From the NCBI RefSeq assembly GCF_000582535.1, contig NZ_CP006932.1, positions 120,001-152,000 of the forward strand: DNA of 32,000 nt. Reading direction: 5' to 3'. The position numbers and the translations under genes were made by a program. This DNA comes from Candidatus Saccharimonadota bacterium. GTDB lineage: Bacteria > Bacillota_I > Bacilli_A > Mycoplasmatales > Hepatoplasmataceae. Below, piece after piece: positions 22,418-32,000 of the stretch; position 1 is the first letter of the stretch; each line of letters starts with the position of its first letter. The notes under the pieces are model-generated. The model had not been told where the DNA came from, ran no database searches, and saw only the letters and a list, made by a program, of their open reading frames with translations.

Positions 22418-23471
22418 TTATTTCTTTACTTATTTTTTCTCTTGTTTTTTTAGTGAATTTATTTGATATATAAATTTCCAAATCTTTTAGAGACATTTTA
22501 TATTTATTTTTTCAATCATAAAAAATTTTTAAATTTTTATTATTTAAATTAATTTTTATTCTATTTTTATTTAAAATAAATAAATTTTTATCAAATATAA
22601 TTTCTATTAAATCATTAGAATCTTGTATTTTTGATTTTATTTCAAATGGACTCATATTAATAAAAATCTCATTATATAAAAAATCAAAAAATTTTTTTGA
22701 AAATAATTGATTTTTTTTGGTATCAGAATTAATATTTTTAGATAAATTTTTAATAATTAATTGTTTTTTAATTAAATGTATTAAATCATTGCTTGAATAT
22801 ATATCGAAATTTATTTTTAATTTAAATCTTCTAAGTAATGCTTCATCTATTTGATTTTTTAAATTTGTGGCTGCAATTAAAATTATATTTTCTGGTAGTT
22901 CATCAATTATTTGCATAAATTCAGTTATTAATCTATTAATTTCATTGATATCTTTATCATTAAATCTTTTTCCAAATAATGTTTCAACTTCATCAATATA
23001 ATATAAGTTATATCTTTTAGAATTGAAATTAAAAATATTATTTAAATTTTTAATTGATAAACCTAACTTTGAATCTAAAATTTCAGATGCTTTAATTTTT
23101 AAAAAGCTAAAATCTTTATTATGTTGTTTTAAATTATTAATTATTTCTTCAATAAAAGATGTTTTTCCTGTTCCTGGCTTTCCATACAAAAGAACTGTGT
23201 TTTTTGTTTTTTTTCCATATAATGTATCTATAATTTCAATTTTATAATTATTTATTTCTTTAGGATATATATTTTTATTTAAATTAGAAGAAAAAGATGG
23301 TTTAAAAGATGTTGAATTATTTATTATTTTTTCCAAAATTGAAATTCATTCTTTTTCATTATTAATCTTTTTATTTAATAATTCTTTTTCGAAAAATGTA
23401 CTTAAATTAAATTTATTTTGAATTTTAATTAAAAATTCAATAAAATCATTATTTGTTATTTTTTTATTCAT
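22398..23471 (-). CDS. AAA+ ATPase (classical AAA clade), IetA-like
   Basis: Under code 4 the track ORF 22512-23336 extends in both directions, giving 357 aa.
- It runs upstream to ATG 23471-23469 through TGA 23348-23346.
- It runs downstream through TGA 22514-22512 to TAA 22400-22398.
- Walker A: LLYGKPGTGKTS (23183-23160).
- Walker B: LYYIDEVETLF.
- Sensor 1: LIAATN.
- Arg-finger region: IDEALLRRF.
- It overlaps the peptidase start by 20 nt. Confidence 0.85.
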
Positions 23472-23481
23472 ATTTTTATTA

Positions 23482-23621
23482 TATAAAAATGGTGGTAAAA
23501 AGTATAAAAATGGTGGTAAAAAGTATAAAAATGGTGGTAAAAAGTATAAAAATGGTGGTAAAAAGTATAAAAATGGTGGTAAAAAGTATAAAAATGGTGG
23601 TAAAAAGTATAAAAATGGTGG
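23482..23621. repeat. Perfect 21-bp tandem repeat TATAAAAATGGTGGTAAAAAG, 6 full copies plus a 14-bp partial copy
   Basis: Direct reading. Units start at 23482, 23503, 23524, 23545, 23566, 23587 and 23608 (partial). It lies in the divergent intergenic region, 10 bp from the ATPase ATG. There is no C on the plus strand anywhere in the array. Confidence 0.97.
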
Positions 23622-23679
23622 TTTTTATGCAATTATTAATTTTATAATATAAATGTTATAATTTTAAAAATTATATAAA

Positions 23680-24207
23680 ATGGAAAATAAAACAGAAAAT
23701 AAAACAGAAAATTTTACAAAGGTTTTAAATGTAATTAATAATTACAATTTTAAAAACCCTGAAAACAAAAAATTGGTAAATGAATCATTTGAAAAAGTTG
23801 TTAATAATTTAGAAAAATTTGCTTATGAAAAAGAAGAAAAACAAGAAATAAATTTTGAAAACGTAAAAAAAATGATTTTAAAATTTATTAATGGATTTTT
23901 AAATAATTTCATGGAAGAAAAATTAAAAAAAGAACATTTAAATGATTATAAAAATTTAAATTCAATTCCAGAAAAAATTAATTTTTTGGCACAAAATCAA
24001 TATTTTGGTTATGATAGCGAAATTAATGAAGGACTATATTATCTTTTTGTAAAAGGGTCTTCAAATAATAAAGATGTAGCAAAAAAATTAATTTTAATAA
24101 ATTCAATTTATCATATCTTTAATTTGCTTTGTTGATTCTTTAATATTAATTCTAAAAAAGCAAAAAAAGAATTAAATTTAAGTAAATATTTTAATTCAGA
24201 AAAATAA
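23680..24207 (+). CDS. Hypothetical protein (175 aa)
   Basis: ATG at 23680, MENKTENKTENFTK... It continues through TGA 24133-24135 to TAA 24205-24207. No recognisable domain. Divergent from the ATPase operon. TATAAT-like hexamers at about 23644 and 23657. Confidence 0.55.
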
Positions 24208-24233
24208 TAAATTTAAAATAAAGAGGGATTAAA

Positions 24234-24440
24234 ATGTCTACAGGATTAAGTATTTTTTTTGGTTTTGTATTTTTTGTTTTAATAATATCTTTAGTAATTT
24301 TTTTAAAAAGACATAAACAAGCAAAAAAAATTAGAAGAGATGAAAGAATAAGAATAAATGAAAGAAATAAACAAATTAGAAGAGATGAAAGAATAAGAAT
24401 TGAAGAACAAAATAAAATGGAAGAAAATATTGAAAAATAA
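24234..24440 (+). CDS. Hypothetical small single-TM protein (68 aa) with an Arg/Lys/Glu-rich repeated tail
   Basis: RBS AGAGGGA lies upstream. N-terminal TM LSIFFGFVFFVLIISLVIFL, then a duplicated IRRDERIRI segment. A strong terminator follows. Confidence 0.55.
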   Translation: MSTGLSIFFGFVFFVLIISLVIFLKRHKQAKKIRRDERIRINERNKQIRRDERIRIEEQNKMEENIEK

Positions 24441-24464
24441 AGACCTTTTAAGGTCTTTTTTATT
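24439..24464 (+). terminator. Rho-independent terminator
   Basis: AAAGACCTT / AAGGTCTTT inverted repeat (24439-24458) followed by a T-run, overlapping the stop codon of the 68-aa ORF. Confidence 0.75.
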
Positions 24465-24559
24465 ATTTATATTTTAAAATCCCTTCTTTCTAATTTATTA
24501 AAAAAAGTTATAATAAAAATAATGTATTTTAAAATATAACTAATATATAGGAGAAGAAA

Positions 24560-24787
24560 ATGTTCGGATTTAGTGGACCTGATTGATTTGTAATAACAAT
24601 CTTAATAATCGCATTCGCACTTTCTTTTTCTATCTCACTTTTATTTGATTGATCAAAAATATTAAGATTTGAAAAAAAAGAAACAACTATTGGTATCTTA
24701 GTTTCAATTGTTTTTTCTATTGCCCTTTCTGTTTTATTAACTTTTTTTGTCTTAATATTGACTAATCCAATTTTTAATGCTTTTTAA
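24560..24787 (+). CDS. Hypothetical small membrane protein (75 aa, two TM segments, visible only under code 4)
   Basis: RBS TAGGAGAAG then ATG at 24560. MFGFSGPDWFVITILIIAFALSFSISLLFDWSKILRFEKKETTIGILVSIVFSIALSVLLTFFVLILTNPIFNAF*. Two TGA=Trp. Confidence 0.5.
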
Positions 24788-24821
24788 TTAGAGTTATATT
24801 AAAAAATATTTAAGGAATACT

Positions 24822-27224
24822 ATGGTTTTAAAGAAAAAAAAGACAAAAAATAAACGACAAAAACAATCAATTAAATATTATAAACTTTTAAGAAAAGCAG
24901 AAACAATTGCGGAAGAAGTTTTAGAAAAAGTAAAAGTTTATCAAGATGATTTAAAAGCAGCTGCTTTTAAAAGAAAAACAGAGCAATTTTTAGAAGCGAT
25001 TCATAAAGATAAAAAAAGTTTGAATAGTATTTTAATTGATGTTTTTGCTGTTAGTTTTCTTTCAATAAAAGAGGTTTATGGAATTAAATTGCATAAAGTA
25101 CAAGTTATGGGTGCTTATGCATTACATCATGGAGATGTGGCAGAAATGAAAACAGGAGAAGGAAAAACTCTTACTGCTGTTCTTCCTGCTTATCTTAATG
25201 CTCTTACAAAAAAAGGTGTTCATATTGTAACTGTAAATGAATATCTTTCTACACGTGATGCTTATAATATTGGAAAGATCTTTAATTTACTAGGATTATC
25301 AGTTGGTTCTGTAGTAAAAGATCAAACGCCTGAAGAAAAAAGAAAAGAATATGCAAAAGATCTTGTATATCTTACAAATGCAGAATTAGGATTTGATTAT
25401 CTAAGAGATAATATGGTGATGAATTTAAAAGATAAAATTCAACGAGAATTTAATTATGCAATTGTCGATGAAGTTGATTCAATTCTTATTGATGAAGCAA
25501 GAACACCGCTTATTATTTCTGGTGGAGTAAATGTAACTGAGAAAAATTATCATGAAATAAATCAATTCGTTGCTTCATTAAAAGAAGATGATTATATTGT
25601 TGATCGAGAGACAAGACAAGCCTTTCTTACAGAATCCGGAGTATTAAAAGCAGAAGAGCATTTTAATACAAAAAATCTTTATTCTTATAAAAATTCATTA
25701 TTGGTTCATTTAATTTTTAATTCTATTCAAGCTAATTATATTTATAAATTAGATGTTGATTATACAGTAAAAGAGGATCAAATAATTTTAATTGATGTAT
25801 TTACAGGAAGGCTTTTACCAGGAAGACAATTTTCAGAAGGATTAAATCAAGCAATTGAAGCAAAAGAAAATGTGAAAATAAATCCAGAAACAAAAACATT
25901 AGCTTCAATTACTTATCAAAATTTATTTCGTATGTATAAAAAATTATCAGGAATGTCTGGTACAGCACTTACAGAAGAAGAAGAATTTTTAGATATATAT
26001 AATATGCGAGTTCTTACAATTCCTACAGATCTTCCTATAATAAGAGATGATCGTCCTGATGTAATATATGCAACAAAAGAAGCGAAAATTAATGGAATAG
26101 TAAATAAAATAATATCAATTCATAAAACAAAGCAACCAATCTTAATAGGAACTCGTTCTGTAAATGAATCTGAAGATCTTGGAGATATCTTAGAAAAAAA
26201 AGGATATTCTTTTGAGATTTTAAATGCAAAAAATCATGCAAGAGAGGCAGATATTATTGCAAATGCAGGACAATTGGGTTCAATTACAATTTCAACTAAT
26301 ATGGCTGGTCGTGGTACTGATATTAAATTAGGAAAAGGTGTAAAAGATTTAGGCGGACTTTTTGTATTGGGAACAGAAAGAAATGAAGCAAGAAGAATTG
26401 ATGATCAGTTAAGAGGAAGATCAGGAAGACAAGGAGATGTCGGAGTATCGCAATTTTATCTTTCGATGGATGATGAAGTAATGCAAAGATCAGGAATGAA
26501 AAAATTCCAAAAATTTCTGAAATCAATTGATAAAGATCCCTTGGAAAGTAAATCTATTGCAAGAGCAATTAAATCAGCACAAAAAAAATTAGAAGGATTA
26601 AATTATGATTATCGAAAATCAATTGTAGAATATGATGCAGTATTAAATTATCAAAGAATAATTACTTATAATCAAAGAGATGCTATTTTAAAAGCAACTG
26701 ATTTTACAAAATTTATTGATCAATTATTAGATAGTTTTTTAAAAAATTTAAGCAAATCAGAAGTTGTATTTAGTAAAAATACTTTTAGTTCAAAATTATA
26801 TTTTGCAAAATTAAATCATGATTTTAATCTTAATTTAGAAGAAAAAGATAATTTAAGTATTGAAAAAACAGAAATGATTACTAGAGAAATTTTACTTAAA
26901 AAATTATCAGAGAAAATTAATAATTTTATTGAATTAAATAAATTTGATGTAATTGATTATATAAGAAAAATCTTTTTATTCTCAATTGATACAAATTGAC
27001 AAAAGCAATTAGATCAATTAGATCGATTAAAATCAGGAATAAGATATAGACAATATGCCCAAAAAAATCCTGTACAAATTTATATTCAAGAAGCAGATAA
27101 ATTATTTAATCTTTATCGAGCAGAAATAAATGAACAAGTTATTACAATGCTTTTAAATACAAATCCTTTAAGTGATAATAATAAAAATAGAAATGAAAAA
27201 ACAAAGGAATTATTAGTAAATTAG
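24822..27224 (+). CDS. secA: Preprotein translocase ATPase SecA
   Basis: The 725-aa track ORF continues through TGA 26997-26999 to TAG 27222-27224, giving 800 aa. Motifs: MKTGEGKTLTAVLPAYLNAL, VDEVDSILIDEARTPLIISG, TNMAGRGTDIKLG, RIDDQLRGRSGRQGD. Confidence 0.97.
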
Positions 27225-27230
27225 TATAAA

Positions 27231-27812
27231 ATGAATTTAAATATTAAGAATAAGTCAATATCATATTATATATTTGGAACAGTTTTTATTTTGTTGTGAA
27301 TTATTTTTCTTATTACTTGATGTTTTGTTTATGTTGAACCAGCTGCATTAATTTTATTTATTTTATGAATTTCATCGGGTCTTATTTCTTCGCTTTTATT
27401 CATAGTTGGAGCATTTGAAAATACAAGATATAAAAATAATTTAGAAAAATTAAAAATCGAAGAAAATAAAAAAGCAAAATATCAACAATTTGATCACCAA
27501 ATTCCTGAAAAATTTAATTTAAATCAAGAAATTAAATTAGATGAAACTTCAAAAATAAAACAAGAAAAATTTTCAAAATCAGATTTTGAAAATTTTGTTG
27601 AATTTAATCCAAATATCGAAAAAATCGATAAACCAATTAAAAAAATAGAAGAAGAAAATTTCCAAAAAGTTGATCGAGAAATTCTTGCAAATTGTGAAAA
27701 AATATGTAGCAATAATTGAAAATGTATTCAAGAATGTGTTGCATTTAGTTTAAAATTTAAGGATAATTTAAATATTAAAGATTACAAATATGACGAAGAA
27801 AAGAGAAATTAA
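27231..27812 (+). CDS. Hypothetical membrane protein (193 aa) with a C-terminal Cys motif
   Basis: ATG at 27231. Two N-terminal TM segments containing three TGA=Trp, a charged middle region, then ANCEKICSNNWKCIQECVAF (CxxxC...CxxxC). Overlaps the next gene by 23 nt. Confidence 0.5.
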
Positions 27813-29442
27813 AACAAATAATAATAGGCACCAATATGGTTTATTATCAATGCTAGCAATGATTGTTGGTGTTGTTGTTGGATCTGGTGTTTATGTTGTA
27901 AATGATAGTTTATATGAATTAAGTGGAAGTGTTGGACTTATAATAATTACTTGAATTATTATAAGTGCAGTGGTTCTTTTTATGCTTGTTGCTTTTATTG
28001 AAGTAGCATCAATTACAGCTAGAACAAAAGAACCAGGAACAGTAAATAATTGATTCAGACATTTTTTTGGAAAAAAAGGTTCAAAATATATTGGAGTCTT
28101 TTTTCCAATTATTTATTTTCCAATTTTAATATCAGTTCTTGCTGTAATTGGATCAGAGCAATTATTTAATACAATTTGAATTGATGGTGATAATAGCAAA
28201 CCTTATTTAATGTTTCTTTTTGTTACAATTTTTGCTTATCTTTTTGCTTCTCTTTTTTATGGAGTAAATGCATTTACGCAAAAACCTGGGAAAATATTTC
28301 AAAATACAGGAACAATTATTAAATTAATTCCTTTATTTTTATTAATATTTTTGGGAATATTAGTTGCTGCAAATGCTTTTAGTCCGGCTAACGAAGCATT
28401 TGATAATGGAGGTAATTTCAATTTCTTTGATCCAAATGCTGCATTTAATCAAGGATGAGAAAATGGAGCAGATGGTTGAGATAGTGGTGTTAGTAATTTA
28501 GAAATTATTTTACTAATGGCTCCTACAATTATGTTTTCATTTGATGGATTTTTATTTGCTGCATCATTACAAAATGAATCAAAAAAACCTTCTACATATA
28601 AAATTGCTGCAATTACAGGAATTGTTTTTATTGTATTTATATATATAGTTTTATCATTATTTGTATTTGCTTTCGGAACTTCAGGTGAAAATCATGATTT
28701 TAGTGTTGTAAATTGCGTATTTAATATTACAGGACAAAAATGATTATCAATTATTATTGGATTAATGATTGTAATTTCTGTTTATACAGGATTTTCAGCT
28801 TGTACAATTGCCCAAAATAGAATGATTGCTGATCTTTCTGTAAATAATCAAATTCGTGATAAAAATGGTGATTTAATTGCAAGAAATAAAGCTAAAGTTC
28901 CTCAAAGAGCAGCATTATGATCATGAGGTCTTACGATCTTTTGATTAACTATTTTAAGAATTTTAGATCTGGCAATTCTTATAAGTATTATAAGTGAGGA
29001 TAGTAGTGTTATTACTTCTACTTTATTTATTTCAGGTTGATCGCTTAATTTTATAACTTTACTTTCATATAGTGTTTATACATTATTAATTATTGGAGCT
29101 TTCAAGAATCGCTTTGATAAAAAAGTTGAAGTAGAAAAAACAAAAGGATTTTATCCTGCTGCAATTATTTCAATATTTGCAATGTTTATAGTTTTAATTG
29201 TATTTACAATTAATTTATTTGATTATCGATCAATATTTGATCAAAATGACAATCTTGTTGTTTCCGGATTGCTTTCATATTTAATTCATATTTTAATGGT
29301 TATATTTATTATTTTTCTTGCTATTTTTATTCCTAATTATTTTGAAAAAGATGTAAAAAAAGTACAAAAAGAAGAATTAGAAAAAAAAGAAAAATTGATA
29401 AAACAGTATCTTAAAAATAAAACAGATCCTCGTTTTTCTTAA
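27790..29442 (+). CDS. APC-superfamily amino acid permease, paralogue 1 (550 aa)
   Basis: ATG at 27790. Track fragments 28210-28458, 28516-28743 and 29182-29442 share its frame through many TGA=Trp. N-terminal IVGVVVGSGVYVV motif and about 12 hydrophobic segments. Confidence 0.8.
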
Positions 29443-29530
29443 TTATTTTTAAATAAATAGATATAAAAATAAATAATGGTAAATTTTAATTTAAATTTAT
29501 AGTGCTAGATATTATATATTAGGAGTTTGA

Positions 29531-31183
29531 ATGTATACAAAAAATAATCTAAATAAGAAAGAACAAGGACAATATGGACTTTTATCAATGCTTGCACTTA
29601 TTGTAGGTGTTGTAATTGGATCTGGTGTTTATGTTGTAAATGATAGCTTATATAGAATTAGTAATAGTGCAGGTTTAATTATAATTACTTGGCTTTTAAT
29701 TTCTCTAGTAATTCTTTTTATGCTTGTTGCATTTATTGAAATAAGTTCAATTACAGCAAAAACGAAAGAAGCGGGAACAATTAATAATTGATTTAGACAT
29801 CTTTTTGGAGCAAAGTATTCAAAGTTTATCGGAGTCTTTTTTGCCCTTATTTATTTTCCAATTTTAATTTCTGTACTTGGTATAATTTCGGGAGAAGAGT
29901 TTTTTAAAACAATTTGACCGCTTAGTAATCAATCGCAGGGTTATGATTCTCCTTATTTAATGTTTCTTTTTGTTACAATATTTGCTTTTATTTTTATAAA
30001 TATTATTTTTACAATAAATACATATACTACAAAACCAGGAAAAAAAATTCAAGGAATTGGAACAATAATTAAATTAATTCCTTTAGTATTATTAATCTTT
30101 CTTGGATTATTAATATTAATGAATGCCTTTACAGCAAATAATCAAGCAATAAATAATGGAGAAGGAAATTTTACTTTCTTTGATCCTAATGCAGCTTTTA
30201 ATAGTGGATGAGAAAATGGTTCTAGTAATCTTAAAATAATCTTACTTATGGCTCCTACAGTGATGTTTTCGTTTGATGGTTTTTTATTTGCAGCTTCTTT
30301 ACAAAATGAATCAAAAAAAACATCAACTTATAAAGTTGCTGCTGTAAGTGGAGTTTTATTTATTATTTTAATTTATATTCTTCTTTCTTTATTTGTGTTT
30401 GCCTTTGGTGATCAAGAAGGTGGCTATATTGTTTCAAATGCTCTTTATAATATTACAGGACAAAAATGATTATCTACAATTGTAGGAATAATGATTGTAG
30501 TATCTGTAATTACAGGAATTTCGGGAAATTCAATTACACAAAATAGAATGATTGCTGATCTTTCTGTAAATAATGAAATAAAGGATTTAGATGGTAATTT
30601 AATTGCAAGAAATAAAGCAAAAGTTCCGCAAAATTCAGCAAAGTTATCCTGAATACTAGCAATTATTTGGTTTTTTATTTTTCGATTATTAGATCTTTGC
30701 ATTTTACTTAGTATTGTTGAAAATAAAGATCAATTAAATCCATTTAATACAATAAATTCAACTTTATTTGTATCAGGATGATCACTTAATTTTATAACTT
30801 TAATTTCTTATACTTTTTATGTTTTAGTAATAATTGGCGGAATAAAGAATCGTTTCGATAAAAAAGTAGAAGTAGAAAAAAATAAATTATTCTATCCTGC
30901 AGCATTTATCTCAGTTTTTATGATATTTATTATTTTAATTGTATTTACAATTGATTTATTTGATTATCGATCAATATTTACTGATTCTAATCAATTAATA
31001 GTTTCTGAACTTGTATCTTATATTTTTCATATAATAATTTTAATTACAATAATTTCAATAATAATCGCTGTTCCAATTTATTTTGAAAAAGATGTAAAAA
31101 AAGCAAATCAAGAAAAATTAAAAGCAAAAGAAAAATTAATAAAAGCATATAAAATGCAAAAAACAGATCCTAGATATAAATAA
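29531..31183 (+). CDS. APC-superfamily amino acid permease, paralogue 2 (550 aa)
   Basis: RBS TAGGAG then ATG at 29531. Fragments 29960-30211, 30248-30469 and 30920-31183 are in frame. It is colinear with paralogue 1 from QYGLLSMLA to the C-terminal FEKDVKK...KTDPR tail. Confidence 0.8.
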
Positions 31184-31398
31184 ATTTATTTAAATCTTGA
31201 TTTAAAAATGAAAATAATTTATAATTATTTTGCAGCTAAATTAAAACAGCAATGTTAAGATATAGCCTTTAATAATATAAATTATTTTTTATTTTTCCAC
31301 TTTTAAATACCATCTTATTTATTTTAAAAAAGATAAATTTCTAATACTATTTTTATTATTTTTTTTTTAAAAAATAATCTAAAAAGGATTTTTATTTT

Positions 31399-32000
31399 AT
31401 GAATGAATTAATGCAAATATTGATTGATTCTACTGATACAACTATAATCGATATAATGGTTTGAGTTTCACTTTCTCTTATTTTGTTTGAAATGATTAAT
31501 ATTTTCACAAAAGATAGATTTTATAGTGCGATTGAACATACAAAAAAAGCTCAACCTTTTTTAGGAGCTTTATTAGGATCTTTTCCTGGTTGTTCGGGAC
31601 CAATCATTGTAACAAATCTTTATAATAAAGAGAAAGTAACATTTGGAACCTTATGTGCTTCTTTTATTGCAACATTTGGAGATGCGGCTTTTGTTTATCT
31701 TGCAAATGATTGATTATTTTTTATACAATTATTAATTGTTTCTTTCATCGTAGGAATTATGATGGGATATATGATAGATTTTACACCCTGAGGTAAAAGA
31801 TTATCAAAATGATTAAAAAAAGGAACAAAGGAACCTCCTGTATATGGAATTGATATTCAAAAAACAAAAGAAATTACACCAGAATATTTTTTAATTATTG
31901 ATCGATATATAATGCCTTTATTTTTCTTTTCTTTTCTTTTATTTGTTTTCCCAGAAACAATCTATATTGTAAGTGGACATGTAGATGATCAAGGAGTTAT
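31399..32000 (+). CDS. Integral membrane protein resembling the putative manganese / heavy-metal transporter family (ArsP_2 / DUF2899-like). 3' end outside window.
   Basis: ATG at 31399, in frame with track ORF 31483-31713 through TGA. Motifs LGALLGSFPGCSGPIIVTNLY and FIATFGDAAFVYLAND match my recollection of that family. The assignment is tentative. Confidence 0.5.

Noticed and set aside
23482-23621. Possible CRISPR array
   Set aside because: The repeats are directly contiguous with no spacers, the unit is only 21 bp, and there are no cas genes in the window.
23453-23647. Track ORF encoding MLFFYSYFYYIK(MVVKSIK)x6..., a perfect heptapeptide-repeat protein
   Set aside because: It is simply the translation of the 21-bp (7-codon) tandem DNA repeat. 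It overlaps the ATPase start on the opposite strand and has no RBS or sensible start context. Its perfect nucleotide identity points to a DNA-level repeat rather than a selected protein.
19641-24821. Calling the accessory block a defined mobile element (ICE, prophage, IS or integrated plasmid)
   Set aside because: I found no integrase, transposase, rep or relaxase gene, no flanking tRNA, and no terminal inverted or direct repeats. Only the strand switch, the AT-richness and the orphan content suggest foreign origin.
31188-31206. TTTAAATC..GATTTAAA inverted repeat after permease 2, as a terminator
   Set aside because: The stem is all A/T apart from a single G-C pair, the loop is only 2 nt, and there is no convincing T-run. 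It is too weak to call.
31359-31374. T10 followed by A6 about 25 nt upstream of the last gene, as a phase-variable promoter spacer
   Set aside because: Long A/T tracts are frequent in this AT-rich sequence. Examples are the A9 in the 194-aa gene at 20182-20190 and T8 tracts in the ATPase gene. Without population data, this tract is not distinguishable from background.

Overview
This is a very AT-rich Mollicutes-type chromosome segment that uses genetic code 4, where TGA encodes Trp. The supplied ORF track treats TGA as stop, so it splits most genes into pieces. Reading TGA as Trp rejoins the conserved proteins (ThyA, AtpA, AtpB, SecA, the PTS EII and both permeases) into full-length ORFs.

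About 80% of the window is plus-strand housekeeping genes in a Bacillus-like order:
- cdd, tdk, thyA, folA
- prfA, prmC, tsaC, glyA, upp
- a complete atpIBEFHAGDC operon
- a DUF2130-like protein, a divergent manA / fructose-family PTS EIIABC pair, and secA
- two tandem APC permease paralogues and a partial membrane transporter

The standout region is an even more AT-rich accessory block at about 19.7-24.8 kb, between the PTS gene and secA. It holds a minus-strand three-gene operon that appears only under code 4: a 357-aa AAA+ ATPase, a roughly 707-aa S8 subtilisin-like peptidase, and an unknown 194-aa protein.
- The ATPase/peptidase pairing resembles the IetA/IetS stability and anti-phage module.
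- The peptidase frame is broken exactly around its oxyanion-hole motif by two compensating shifts at poly-A tracts.
- A 21-bp tandem repeat (6.7 copies) sits 10 bp upstream of the ATPase start.
- Three orphan plus-strand ORFs follow.

Other oddities are a G9 tract inside the PTS gene, a roughly 187-aa Lys-rich tail on the PTS permease, and an extended ATP synthase c subunit. I found no rRNA, tRNA, CRISPR array, transposase or integrase.
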